34,041 nt of DNA, from positions 1 through 34,041 of the forward strand of contig JYFJ02004280.1 of NCBI GenBank assembly GCA_000934665.2, read 5' to 3'. Within the stretch, counting starts at the first letter, position 1. Each line of letters starts with the position of its first letter. The notes under the pieces are model-generated. The model had not been told where the DNA came from. It made no database searches and was given only the letters and a program-made list of their open reading frames with translations. A program made the translations under genes and the position numbers. The stretch comes from Catajapyx aquilonaris (lineage: Eukaryota). Below are positions 1 to 12,454 of this stretch, in pieces.

Positions 1-507
1 AGTCACTCCACCGCGTGCCGCACGCCTCTTCCGCACTGCCTGCCGCAAACTTGAAACGGGGTAACTCGGTGAAGGTGCGTTTCCGACCCCTAGTTCCTTA
101 TGCAAAAATGCTCACACCTGCGCCCTCTACCACCACCTTTTCTGGTGACACGCTTAGGATTAACACCCTGTATTCGCATTCAGGCGAATGGTGGGCGAAT
201 CTACGAACGAGGTCTGAATGTTGATATAGGTTCAGAACGGTTCAGAAGTCGTCCGCCCGAATACGATTTGGTACATTGACCTATAAGTACCTAATCTATT
301 ATTAGGAGAAACTTAAACCAAAAATGTATCGATACACAGATATTCGATACTGGAAGGCATCCTTTTGAAAGTGGCTAGGCACATTCACAACTTTAATGGC
401 TCCATGGATTCTTCCTCTATGTAATCTCTGTAAAGGCACCCTCTTGGCTCCATGTACACAATGGAATTCCGGTACATCATAGCAGCATTATCACACTGTT
501 AGTTCGG

Positions 508-1095
508 GTGCATACTCGACAAGACAATATATTGACTACACTTGGGCCGCCTACTGTTACAGGGCGTTACCTCTTCATGAAATCAATCAGACCACACAGG
601 CCTTGTTTTGCGTCACAGTATGGCACGACTTACGACGATGTTCACGTTAGGAATTTTGGTCTCAACTTTTCTGGTGGTCAACTCTCAAGTTGTGGTCAAG
701 ATCGGTTCGTGTTTTGGACTAGAGACTCCAACAATCCCAGTTTCTTGCTAGAAAAACCTGTTTCAACAATAAGACTTAAAATTTCACTCGGGGTCAAAGG
801 TCATGCACCGATTGTCCACAACGCCTGCTTCTTTTGCGACAATGGCAAGCCTAAACTGATACCGTATGACAATGGACAGGTTTTTATTGATACACTTTCG
901 GATTTTAATGGAGGTAAATTCGATAGCAAGTACTTGCAACAATTGAATGATGTCGATTGTTCGCCCACTGTTGAGCACATTCATCTTTGCTTTTTGGGGC
1001 AAGCTCTAAACTTCAGGTGGAATACCAGGCGTGCAAAAAGTAGCTTGCTATTACAGGTTTATGCTACGACCAATGTTTCACCTATGTGTTCTTGA
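508..1095 (+). other. 195-codon open frame of unknown origin, possibly a decayed transposon/viral coding fragment
   Basis: Longest ORF in the window, in more GC-balanced sequence. GKPKLIPYDNGQVF weakly resembles the integrase GxPxxIxxDNGxxF motif, and FNGGKFDSKYL weakly resembles a 3'-5' exonuclease ExoII motif. No convincing full domain. Confidence 0.2.
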
Positions 1096-2430
1096 TCCAA
1101 ATATGTCACTGTCTATCACAAGTTACACCCACTTTTTCCCGGAACATGTCTCAACAATTCAGCAGATATTGTAAACAATAAAGATACACTACGACAATGT
1201 GCTAATAATTGTTCATGACAGCCACACTAATTTTTCCATATTTTTTTTGAAAAAAAAACATTCCGATATTTGTAGTGGATCTGACTTTTGGCGAAACCGG
1301 TTCTGCACAATTATTGCTTGCTTTTTTTTTGTTAACAATGCGCTAGATTCATTATCCACACGGTTCAGCAGATTTTCGCCCGAAAAATATTGATCCTGAT
1401 TCTGCAGACAGGTGAGTTTAGCATTCAGATTTACACGTACTCTGTTTGAACACGTTTTATTTTATTTATTTTTTTACAAATGTGAAAAATTGATTAAGAC
1501 ATAAATTATTTGCATCAGTCATGTGAATTTTTGGATCATTTTAGATATGAAAAATATTAGCTAGGTGCAACATATTTTTAAATACATATTATGTTTAGAA
1601 TTTTGTGCGATATTTTTATGCTGATTAACAATACTTTTCAAGCTCATTAAATTTATTCAACCATAAAAATTTGACGTGAGATTAGATTTTTTTAAATATT
1701 TTTTGAGCAATTTTGATGTCAAACTTATTAGCTACTACTATTAGGTCCAACATAATTTGATGTGATATTTTAATGCTGATTTACGATATTTTTTTCAACC
1801 ATAAAAATTTGATGGCATCTAACAATTCCTGTGGAAAAAAACCCTCCTATCGAAAGCGGATAATTTTCTCTTACGTGGTTGCTGACCATACATCACACCT
1901 AATTGCCAAAATTATATCCGCGCCGTCTAGCCGCAGCCTCGCCATCAATTTTGCAAAAAAGGAGAAAAAAAACTTGTTAGACTCCGCCCCAGAAGCTCAG
2001 ACCTTAAGAGAAAAAATCTACCATTTTTTTTTTTGGAAGAGTCGCATTTCAGCATTTTCAACTCCATGTGTTACACTCCCAGAGAAAAGGAATATTATCC
2101 TCCTTCAGACACCTCCGTAAAAGTAATGTCTTCGTAAATAATTTTTTTTTCTATGGAAGAAGGCCCCTCCCACTCGATGCCGATTTTCAAAACTCGTTTG
2201 TCTTTTTTTTCGTCGATTAGAGCTCATTGTCCCGGACCCCTCCCTAAAGTCTTCTGATCGGTATTACTTCGCTTTATATCATTGTGATTAATGCTTGCTG
2301 CATTTGCAAGGGGGCAAAAGGCGTATAGGAATCTCTAATTAATCTTGAAAGCCTAAATTAATGGCGCTATTATTGTTCTGTTTTAAGGGATTTTTTTTTC
2401 CTGAGCAAAGGGCATTTTTTTTGTAATTTT

Positions 2431-2536
2431 CTGTTGACTTAAATGGATGGCAATTTTTTTTGCCATCCATTTAAGTCAACAGAGTGTTGAAAAATTCGTA
2501 GATGACATTTAATGTCATCTACGAATTTTTCAGCAC
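2431..2536. repeat. two adjacent perfect palindromes (23-bp and 22-bp arms)
   Basis: ctgttgacttaaatggatggcaa (2431-2453) pairs with ttgccatccatttaagtcaacag (2460-2482); tgaaaaattcgtagatgacatt (2488-2509) pairs with aatgtcatctacgaatttttca (2511-2532). Confidence 0.95.
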
Positions 2537-3349
2537 AAAAAGAAGCTTCAGATCCAACGTTCCTTCCAAGAAATATAATTATATTTAAAATAATTTTATC
2601 CAACAAAAATTGTCATATCCAATTTTTTAGCACAAAATGAAGCTCATCTCCAATTTTCCTTCCAAGAAACATGTATTAAAAATTATATTTAAAAAAATTC
2701 TTCAACAACTTGATTGCTAATTACATTATTTATCGAAAGTGTGACAAATTCACCTGAAACGTGTGTCTCCAAAATCCAAATGGAAATCAATCCAATCCTC
2801 CAGATGTGTCTTTTCAATTGGCAGTAATTTCACTTCTAATACTGTTTCCGGATATTTCCGGGATCAAAAGAAGAGTTTCTCTCTTCTTTTCTTCTTTTTC
2901 CCCCCCATTATTTCGTACCTACCTTCCTGACTTTCCACTGGGTTCACCCGGAAAATGAAAATTAACCTTGTCCCAAAGAAAAGGAATGTGATTAAAGGAT
3001 TCTTTCGTATCGTTGAGAAACTTTTTTGCTAATTAAATTTTGCCGCTTTTACTTTTATACGAACAGCCATGGAAGCTCTTTGAAGCAAAGAGCTGGATGC
3101 ATTAGTAGCATTGTTGCGCACGTTTTATTACCAGTTGTAAGGTAGTTTTGCCCACAAAAAAATGCCATTTCTCTAGCCAATATATGTCAAAATGGATTCA
3201 AATCAACCCATATAAATATATTAAAAATTAAAACTAAGTATGTACAATTAGCTATAATTTTGTCGATTTTTTTAAAAAATAATTATAGACCCCGTGATAG
3301 GGCCCGAGGCGCTCTTATGGGGCTGTACGGTAGTCATTTCAGACATTCT

Positions 3350-3701
3350 TTAACACCAGGACTTTTCTCCTAGCCCTGGGCAGAGTAGGGAGTGCAATCT
3401 GCCCTGGCATGTCGGGTGAAAAGCGGAAAAAGACCAGGCCACCATGGCTCCCTAATTTTGTCGCAGTTATAAGGACTTTAATTTGATTTTGGCCGAATTT
3501 TGAACGCACTGTTAAACCTAAACACACAATTTAAACACCGGGCCTTTTCTCCTGGCCCTGAGCAGAGTAGGGAGTGCAATTCGGCCCTGGCATGTCGGGT
3601 GAAAAGCGTAAAAAGACCATGGCTCCCTCATTTTGTCGCAGTTAAGGGGCTTTAATTTAATTTTGGCCGAATTTTGAACGCACCAAACCAAAACACACAA
3701 T
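3350..3701. repeat. tandem duplication, two copies of ~175-180 bp
   Basis: Both copies carry cagagtagggagtgcaat...ccctggcatgtcgggtgaaaagcg...ttttggccgaattttgaacgcac...aaacacacaat. Confidence 0.9.
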
Positions 3702-4433
3702 GGCATGAAATATTATAATATTCGCCACAAATCCTTTATTAACTGCTGTTGAATAGTTCATTAATGTTTGACATGCAGTACTTTCAATGGCCATTCAATG
3801 TATTATGTACACACATGTAATATAATATGATTGTACCGCCGCATGCAAGGCAGCAGAATTATTGTATAATTATTGTAATAAAACACCCACAAAATGAGGG
3901 CTCAATTTTTGGCGACCGTATATTTTGCGAGTGTCATTAAAAGTGGGGCTTAATGTCTCAGCCGAAAATTTCTGCGAGCCATAAATTCGCGTCACCTGCA
4001 AGCTTATGAAGAATTGCTTCCCTTTTCATCTCTTGAGTCTTATAGAGGTATAGTGATGCTGGTAATTTCACGCCTAAGACTAGATCAATAGATGTTCAAT
4101 TATTCAGTGGGTGTGTTGCACCACAGCAAGTGCCCGGGTCACAGTTTAGGGCCATGCATTTACATGAATTAGGAATGTGGAGCACTTATAAGGTGGTTCT
4201 GTGGTGGTGTAGCTCAAGACACCTGAAGCATTGTTGCTCTTTATTATTTAATGAGGTTTATTTTCGTGAGAGGTGTAGCAGGTGACAACACCGTTCATAT
4301 TTGGCGAGAAGCACGTGATGAGATCACACAAAAATTTAAAGAGTGTCTGACCCACCTTGTACTTGCTGGACATTGCATGGCGCCACAAGCCCTGGCGGCA
4401 AATAAAAATGGCCAATCGAAAGAGTCGATGTGT

Positions 4434-5077
4434 AGCATCCCGGGTAATACATCTTAACAGCGACTGCGACTTGATATAGCCGTTATACAAGCAGCTATTT
4501 TCGGCCCAAGAGCTATTTTAACCTCCATATAGGCTCCCTTGGAGGACGGTCTTACCCGATTTATTTTCACCGCTTTCCGGACAGTAACGGCTCCGAGCAT
4601 CCCGGGTATCTTAACAGCAACTGCGACTTGATATAGCCGTTACATAAGCAGCTATTTTCGGCCCAATAGCAATGTTAACCTCCATATTGGCGCCCTTGGC
4701 GGACGGTCTAAACCGCTATTGACTTTCAACGCTTTCCGGGCAGTAACGGCTCCGAGCATCCCGGGTAATACATCTTAACAGCGACTGCGACTTGATATAG
4801 CCATTATATAAGCAGCTATTTTCGGCCCAATAGCAATTTTAAGAATTTTAACCTCCATATTGGCTCCCTTAAAGGACGGTCTTACCCGATTTATTTTCAC
4901 CGCTTTCCGGGCAGTAACGGCTCCGAGCGATCTTAACAGCGACTGCGACTTGTTATAACAGTTATATAAGCAGCTATTTTCCGCCCAATAGCAATTTTAA
5001 CCTCCATATTGGCTCCCTTGGAGGACGGTCTTAACCGCTATTTATTTTCACCGCTTTCCGGGCAGTAACGGCTCCGA
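4434..5077. repeat. tandem repeat, four copies of ~150-170 bp
   Basis: Recurrent unit tcttaacagcgactgcgacttgatatagc...aagcagctattttcggcccaa...ctccatattggctccctt...ggacggtctt...cgctttccgggcagtaacggctccgag. Confidence 0.93.
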
Positions 5078-5121
5078 GAATCTCGTTACGACTACCTTCT
5101 ACTCTTTCGATATCGTCCAAG

Positions 5122-5204
5122 TTAAGGTGGCATATTTTAATTCGTTATTTTTCCACCAGCGGCTCGTGGCGTCACAAGTACGACACCATTAATATCCAGG
5201 ACTG
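5122..5204. mobile_element. solo terminal inverted repeat of the same MITE family as 10140-10403
   Basis: ccagcggctcgtggcgtcacaagtacgacaccattaatatccaggactg followed by TA aligns with the right end of the 10.1-kb MITE (ccagcggctcgtggcgccacaagtacagtaccattaatgtccagcactg|ta). Confidence 0.75.
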
Positions 5205-6349
5205 TACAATCTAAAAAGCTGAGGTATTCTCAGAAGTGGTGTTATATGAATTCATAATGAAATTCATACATAATTCGCATATCGCTTATCCTGCACCTGT
5301 GTCCAACCTTTATAATTCATCTTTCCAATCTTATTCAGCCAATTTTTTTAAACCAAAAAGCGACACTTGCCACGAGGCATTTTACTGTGACAAAAGCATG
5401 CCCATGACACTATTACAGTCCAGACATTTTAAACGACGTGTCCAGAAGAAAGAAAAAAAAAACCAAAAAGGATTCTGGCAGATCAATTTGTAACTCTGTC
5501 ACTCTTACTCGTCATAATTCAAAGTGATATTTTTGTGCTTGTTTCTTCACAACCGTCACATCCGTCCCCTCTGAGATGGACAGACTCTTTTTCTTAAACG
5601 TCTGGGATATCTTAAGACTTTTGTCCTTGGCTTATAAAAATGGTGAAAAAAAAGAGAACTTCATTTTTCTGAAAGGCTTTGTGGTGAAACACTGCGGATA
5701 TCTCACACGAAGGTTTTAGAAGTTCGATATTTATGTAGGACAGTCGACAATAGGCGAGTGGGACACCAGAGAAAATCGTAAATGGCAGTTGTTGGAAGTT
5801 TCTTTTCCCAATTTTTTGGGAGATGCAGGCGCCAACTGGTCCAAAGTTTTTTCGAGTTTTCTGAAAAATACGTTTTCCTTATAGAGACGTATAAATATTT
5901 GCGTTTAAATCATATTTTTTCGAATTGCGATAGGTACTTCAAGGAATGATTCGTACGGTATCCTTGGAGGCTTGTAATTTGCCATCTAAAGGACCGGTTA
6001 TACCCAACGGAACCAACTTTTTTTGGGAATATATAAAACTTGACGCTTTTCTAAACACATAGGAAAAACCTAGAGGACAAAAAAAAAACACCCTGCTCAT
6101 ATTCGAGTCTATGTGGGCAGAGTCGTTAATGGAATCCGTTTAGGCATGTCGGCCAACGAAATCGGCTTAAAACCTCCCACGGTTGTAACTCAATATTTTA
6201 AACTCCATGGAATGAGTCCTGTCGTGCTTCTAACAGTAAGAGTTGGTCTTACACTCTTTTGGTAAAAGAGGCCTCTTCATTTAGTGAACGGAAAAAAGTT
6301 TAGGCTCTTTGTTCAGTATATGATTGTGGGCACACGCACAGTATTTTAT

Positions 6350-6950
6350 CAATATCGAGTAATCAATCACAGTCGGTGATTTTCGGCCCTGATTTTTAGA
6401 AATCGTGGAAGATATTAGTTACTATTATTAGGTATTAAATTGTCGTAAATTTTACAGATCCTTTAATAATCTTCAATATTTCATCAATCAAGTTGGCGAT
6501 TTTTGGCCCTACTCTTAGAAGTTGTGAAAATATTAGTTGCTAATATTAGGCTGAGTATTCACTCAGCTATTAATTTACCTGATCTTTCAATAATCATCAA
6601 TATTTTTCATTATTGAGTAATCGATCACCGTTGGCGATTTTTGGTCCTGCTTTTAGCAAACTGTGAAAAGTATTAGTTTCTAATATTGTGTTGAAAATTC
6701 ACTCACGTATTAAATTGCTGTTAAACATTGAGCATTCACTCACGTATTAAATTGAAGTTAAATATTAGGGCGAGGTTTTACATATTAAAATGTAGTTAAG
6801 ATACCAGATCCTTCAATAACCTCCAATTTTTTTTACCAATACCTGTATCGAGAAATAACGATATTTGACCCTGCTTTTAGAAACTGTGGAAAATAGTTAT
6901 TTCTAATATTAGGTTGAGTGTTCGCTCTCGTTGCAATTAATTTACCAGAT
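6350..6950. repeat. degenerate AT-rich tandem repeat, about four copies
   Basis: Recurrent gcgatttttggccct...ttttagaaa..gtgaaaatattagtt.ctaatattagg...agatc.ttcaataa motif. Confidence 0.75.
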
Positions 6951-9900
6951 AAATTATAACCAATTCTATTCACATTATGTTGAACTCTTCATGGTACTCT
7001 CATGCATTTAAAATTCTACATAATATAATAAGCTAATTTAAAAAAATCATAGTCAACTGGTGCAAATATCAATAATTGTAACAAACTGTGCTATAATGCA
7101 ATTAATTTACTGTGCAGTGATAATAGTTGAACAAGAAATCTGATACATTGGTATTGATAACATGTAAATTTTGTAATTATTAATTATGTAGCTATGATTT
7201 GTTATATTTAAATTAATATATATTAATATAAATTCTATAAAATTTTATATTTGACGTCATATTGCGATATTTATCCTATTTGAAGAATGGAAAATCTGAT
7301 ACCGCACTTTTCAAGCGACACAGTAGCCAAGCCTTGATCCTTAGAGCTTGTCCGCAACTTTACTGGATATACCTTGAGGATAAACGTTCCGTTCCTTTTT
7401 CAAGACATCTAGAATCCAATAATCCCCACCTTTTTTCTCTCGCTCTCTCTCTCTAAGTACATGTATTTTCCTTCCACCCACCCACACCATCCTTCCTCGC
7501 ACTTGATCTGCCAGGACATTCACATAATCCAGGGAGAAGTGTTGAATAATTCAGACCCTTTCTCTCCCGGAAAGCGCTTCTTTTCGGCCAGAAACTTGAC
7601 CGGTTTCCCCTGGCGTCCAGTGATCTGATGGAAGATCCTCCTGGGACGCAAATGGTGTGAGATTGTACTCGGTAAATCAACCTCCTTAAAATAATAAAAA
7701 AAAGAGTCCTCAACATTGAAATGGTAAATAAATGGCGTGGAAATGTGGGTCTCTAGAGAAGCTATATGGCAACCCTGGAGAGAAAACTGGGTTAAATGTT
7801 AACTATTAACTCTGAAGGCAAAAGGCTCATGTTTTAATGAGTAGTTTATGAGCGGGGGGTGCTAAGATTTACGCCCGTTTAACCCACCGGATCGTATTAA
7901 ATTGCTTAGGGTGCCCCCTGATGTTTACTGTGTCAAGTGAACGTCTAATTAGCGGATTACTGGTCAAAAGGTCGCAATTGCATCGTAAACATACTTAGAA
8001 ACAAGTTACTTACTCTTACGTGCAATTTGACACCTTAATTAACTGAACGATTAACCCTTTTCCAGCCGCGATTTTTTTCTGTAGCCAAAATGGCTACACT
8101 TTTCAAACTGAGCTGCTGGGTGTTTTAACTCAAATTGAGTCTAATTTGACTCATAAAACTGCTACGTGGATTTTAAAATGCAATTTGCACTTTTTGGGGG
8201 GGTCAAAAAGTGTCATTAATTTTGGTCCTTTTTTCTCGATTTTTTTTGTGTGGCGTCTGATTGAGTTAGCCATCTTTTCCGGAGGTTCCTTCATCAGTCA
8301 ACGTAACCACTCTATCCCACCTGCCAGACTTTACTAGGAGGAGGAAAAAAAAAGAGTTGAACTTTCTGTTCATAGAGAGGGTTGAGAAGACCATTCCCAA
8401 ATAGAAAAGAAAAAAATAAAGTTGGAAGAACTAGGAAACGAAAATCGTTAGTGAGGTCTGGAGGCTGGAAGTCTTCGATGGCTTCTGAGCAAACGAAGCA
8501 ATTGATTTCGTTTGCAATTTTTTTTTTCGTTTTTGCAACCTCCAGATTGCGCTGGAAGCACAGAAATTCGGATGGGGATTGTTAGCCGAAATTTAATCTG
8601 AACCAATCTAGCATTTTAAATAGAGTTCAGCAAATTTTGATATTGTAATAATATCGATATATCAACATTTAAGAAAATTTATATATATTTTTTCGTCTAT
8701 TTGGAGACGCTGACTAGAGAGGATTGCAAGACTGTCTCTAAAGCTTAGAGACCTGTATCAGCAAATGGAGCCTAGAATCCTGCGTGTGAGGCTCTTTCCT
8801 TTGAATTATGGTCTTCTTGGATTTGCTGTGGTTTCGCTCCCGGATTATTCTTTGGACCCTGGTGTCTCTGGTTCCATTTTTTTTTTGCAAGGGAAGCCTC
8901 GAGATAAGCCTGGATAGAGGTTATGACCATGATCACTAAAAAGTCTAAGTGCCTTCTATAGTTTCAGGTCTTTTGAACATTGTGCATTTTTGTGCACTAA
9001 TGCGATTAAGTTGTTGAGATATCACTTTTAAGCGCCTTACTCGCTAATGATGTTTTATTTCATTTATGGTAGGAAATTCTGGACTAAGTCCATTGACGTA
9101 CAGGCTGCTAATAGCATTACGTTTTGATGTCTCGTGTTTGCACAAAATAAGCTCATGTTTGTAGGGCAAACTTTTTAATATATAAAAGGCGTATTAGTGT
9201 GATTCATTAGTTTGCTGAGCTTTCAATTTCAAATTTTGTAATTCCACTATTCATAGTGTTGAAACGGTTGCTATACAAATAGATCTAAAGGTTCCAAAAA
9301 CGCCCCATTTTTTCAAGCAGATTTCTAGTCTAAGCGTGCATGCAAATCCTTGATGAACGACACCCTTTTGTCACACGTCTCTAACGGTAAGTTGCCTATA
9401 TCCTTCCCTAGACAGATTCTCCTGAGCTTCCAGTCAGGACCAAATCCCTCCCATCAATCCTATAGAGACCTTCTGAAACCAGCTTCAATTTGACATTGTC
9501 GCCTTACCAAATTTTTTTCTTATTCTCTTATTCCTCTGTACATATAACGTGTTTAATCATTTCCGCAACAATCTACTATACGAAGCTGGTGTTACGAGCT
9601 TCCCATGCAAAGTAAACCCTAGGTCCCTGAAATATTCCGTCACAATCTCCCCCCGCAGCACAGTTGATCCCTGCAAACCACCACGGATCTTCAAAGCACA
9701 CCAAGCTTCCTACCCTGGTTAAGAAGCCGATTTTCCAAGGCTTTGCCTTGGGGACGAACTTTGTTTTTCCACTAATTTTAACATAGGGGGATTCTGACCC
9801 CACAGCTTTTGGCTTTTAGTTAGGGGACGCCATCGGTCGGGGGCGCCACCACAGGCTTCAAAAGTTTACATGTCTGGATATTGGGTCTGTTTCCATTGTG

Positions 9901-10139
9901 TGGTGTTTTTTTATAATTCATCATGAGCTTCCGATTTCCCGAGAGTGTCAAACGCTCTTTTCCACGAGACAAAATTTTGTCGCAATCCAAAGAGACAAGC
10001 TGGGAGTGCTGGGGTCAATTCTTTCATCGTCACTGCGTCTGGTTGTAAATTATGCACGGGTTGTAAGTGAATTTCAGTCGGTTCAGTGTGTGCGAAGGAA
10101 ATTGGTTCGGGGTTTTTTTTTTCAGACTGGGGAATAGTA

Positions 10140-10403
10140 TAGTGATGGACATTAATGGTGTGTTACTTGTGGCGCCACGAGTCGATGGTGGCAAAAGAAC
10201 GAATCGAAATTTGCCTCCGAATGACCACCTTAATTTGATCATACAAGCGAAGGAAGTCAAACGGACGGCAAATTTTGATTAGCTGAAGATCGACCACCTT
10301 TGCATCAGGTGAAGGTGGTCATCCGGAGGCAAATTTCGATTCGTTCTTTTTCAGCCAGCGGCTCGTGGCGCCACAAGTACAGTACCATTAATGTCCAGCA
10401 CTG
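10140..10403. mobile_element. Tc1/mariner-type MITE (264 bp) with ~100-bp TIRs and TA target-site duplication
   Basis: Left end TA|tagtgatggacattaatgg...acttgtggcgccacgag...aaagaacgaatcgaaatttgcctccgaatgaccacctt is the imperfect reverse complement of the right end aaggtggtcatccggaggcaaatttcgattcgttcttt...ctcgtggcgccacaagt...ccattaatgtccagcactg|TA. CAGTG-like termini. Confidence 0.88.
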
Positions 10404-12049
10404 TACTAGAGCAATAGGCACAAATCAAATTAACAGAAAGTCTGTCAACATTTGGTCCTCACATAAAATCATCTGCCTTTAGGACACTTCATTGTTAGCA
10501 AAATATTGTGAAAATTTGCCAGGTATTTCAGAGATATGTAGATGGAACAATAACAAGCTCAAGCAACATAAATGGTATGTGGTGTGGACTTAACTGAACC
10601 GTTAAAAATTTCTCCAGCAAGATGTAGGCTCCACCGAAATGGAAACCAAATATTTTGCATACCTCTCAGTTCACCGAGTATGTCAGTCAAAATGCTGAAT
10701 TTTTTTAGCAACAAACCTTTGGGGCATTTTTGCAAAAATATTTGACGAATATTTGAGCACAAAAATTTTTGCTGAACTTTTACAGACTAAAAGACAAACA
10801 CGGTGCACCACCATTGATCTTCTGGAGGAATCATCACATTGTAGTTCTTAGACGGAGTTTTGGGTGTGCGCAGACTGTTATAGGTGGTGGTGGTGGTGGA
10901 AAAGGGAGGGTAGGGGGGAGGGGGGGATCAATAGAAATGGGGGAAGGAGGAGAGATGCTGCGGCGGCCTCCAGGTCTCCCAAGATCTCATTCCGCATCGA
11001 GTTCCGGCATCAATGGGACTCGATCAACTGCTGTTGGCCTTCTGGAAATGGAGTTTCCGGAAAGTGTGGGAACACTCGTTGACAAAAAATTTGCGCCCAA
11101 TTTTATTTTGTAATGAATTTCAAATTTTATCTTTAAAAATGGCACACATGTTGGCAACCTGCGGTTGAGATAATCGTTCAAACGGGTTTTTCCCCGCAAA
11201 AATATTTCGGTCGTAAATTAAGCTCGCAGCTGTTTCGTTCGTAGGAGAGATACGACGAAAATAAAAATGACGCGAGTTATAAATTTAAAAACCGCTGTCG
11301 TCAATATTAATTTTTTGCACTTGTTTTCACCATTCTCTCCTATATGGTATGCGGTTGTCTGGAGTGATAAAACGAGGTCATTTGCACTGTCTCGGGAGAA
11401 GGTTTGGAGCCAAAAAGTCTCCAGCAGGTCATTATCGCAGCGTCTAAAGTGTCTTGGAGAGAAAATGTCCACCTGAGGGATTCAGATTTCCCTTTGACCT
11501 GACTGGAGCTCCATCCTTCTGCTTCAACTCTTCACGCCCCATTTCCGACCTTCCACCCTTCCTTTTGTCCCTTTGTGACCAACTTCGGGTCATGCCTCTT
11601 AGGAAGGGGATGGGTGGGAAAAGGAGGGGATATTCTGATGGGAGGCATTAGTTTCGCTGATTTTCCGGAGAGCGACTGAGGCCAAAGTGTCCCCCGGAAA
11701 CGCCTCAAAGTCTGGGACCGAAAAACAGATGATTATATATAGACTGTAGAGCATGTTCATGTAGAGCATGTTCTAATTGAAGCGTCCGTTTAAGTTTGAC
11801 ATTTTGACCTCTGATAGTAGAGGTTGTCAAATAATTATATTAGATGATAATACATTAGCTCAAGTTTAATCAGCCAATCAAACTCTATTTTGCAATTAAT
11901 AGGCTACATTGTCTTTATTTATTATAATTGAAGCTAATATTTGTGTAATGCATTTTAAATATTTTAATTCATGTAGAACTTTGATTTATATTTATTACAT
12001 AATATATACTGTTATTTATTACAAATTGTGCATTTAGTTTATTTAATTA

Positions 12050-12454
12050 CATGTTTATTTTATTTTATTTTATTGCATGTTTATTTTATTTTATTTTATT
12101 GCATGTTTATTTTATTTTATATTAGTGCTCGTTATTAAATAATAACGAGTACCATACTAAAATTTAATAGAATGAAATAAAATAAATAGTAAATAATAAC
12201 AAAATTGTAATAGCTAACAATAACAAACATAAAATTTTAAATACAGCTGAATACAATATTAAAATTTGAATGCTGCTGAATACAATGTTAAAATATTCAA
12301 TTGCAAAATAATTTATCAATGAATCGTGCAATTAATTAAATGGATAAAATATAGCACCGGTAATGCATATAATAAATTCAGCCGTATTTAAATTTTAATG
12401 ATTGACCGATTAATTTTATGTACTATTAATATTATTGTTAGCTATTACAATTTT
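12050..12454. repeat. AT-rich low-complexity/foldback region
   Basis: 26-bp unit catgtttattttattttattttattg about x3 (12050-12121); perfect 23-bp inverted repeat 12201-12223 / 12432-12454; nested inverted pair near 12232 / 12376. Confidence 0.8.

Noticed and set aside
10769..11113. 114-aa Gly-rich ORF
   Set aside because: Explained by G-rich low complexity; no recognisable domain or splice support.
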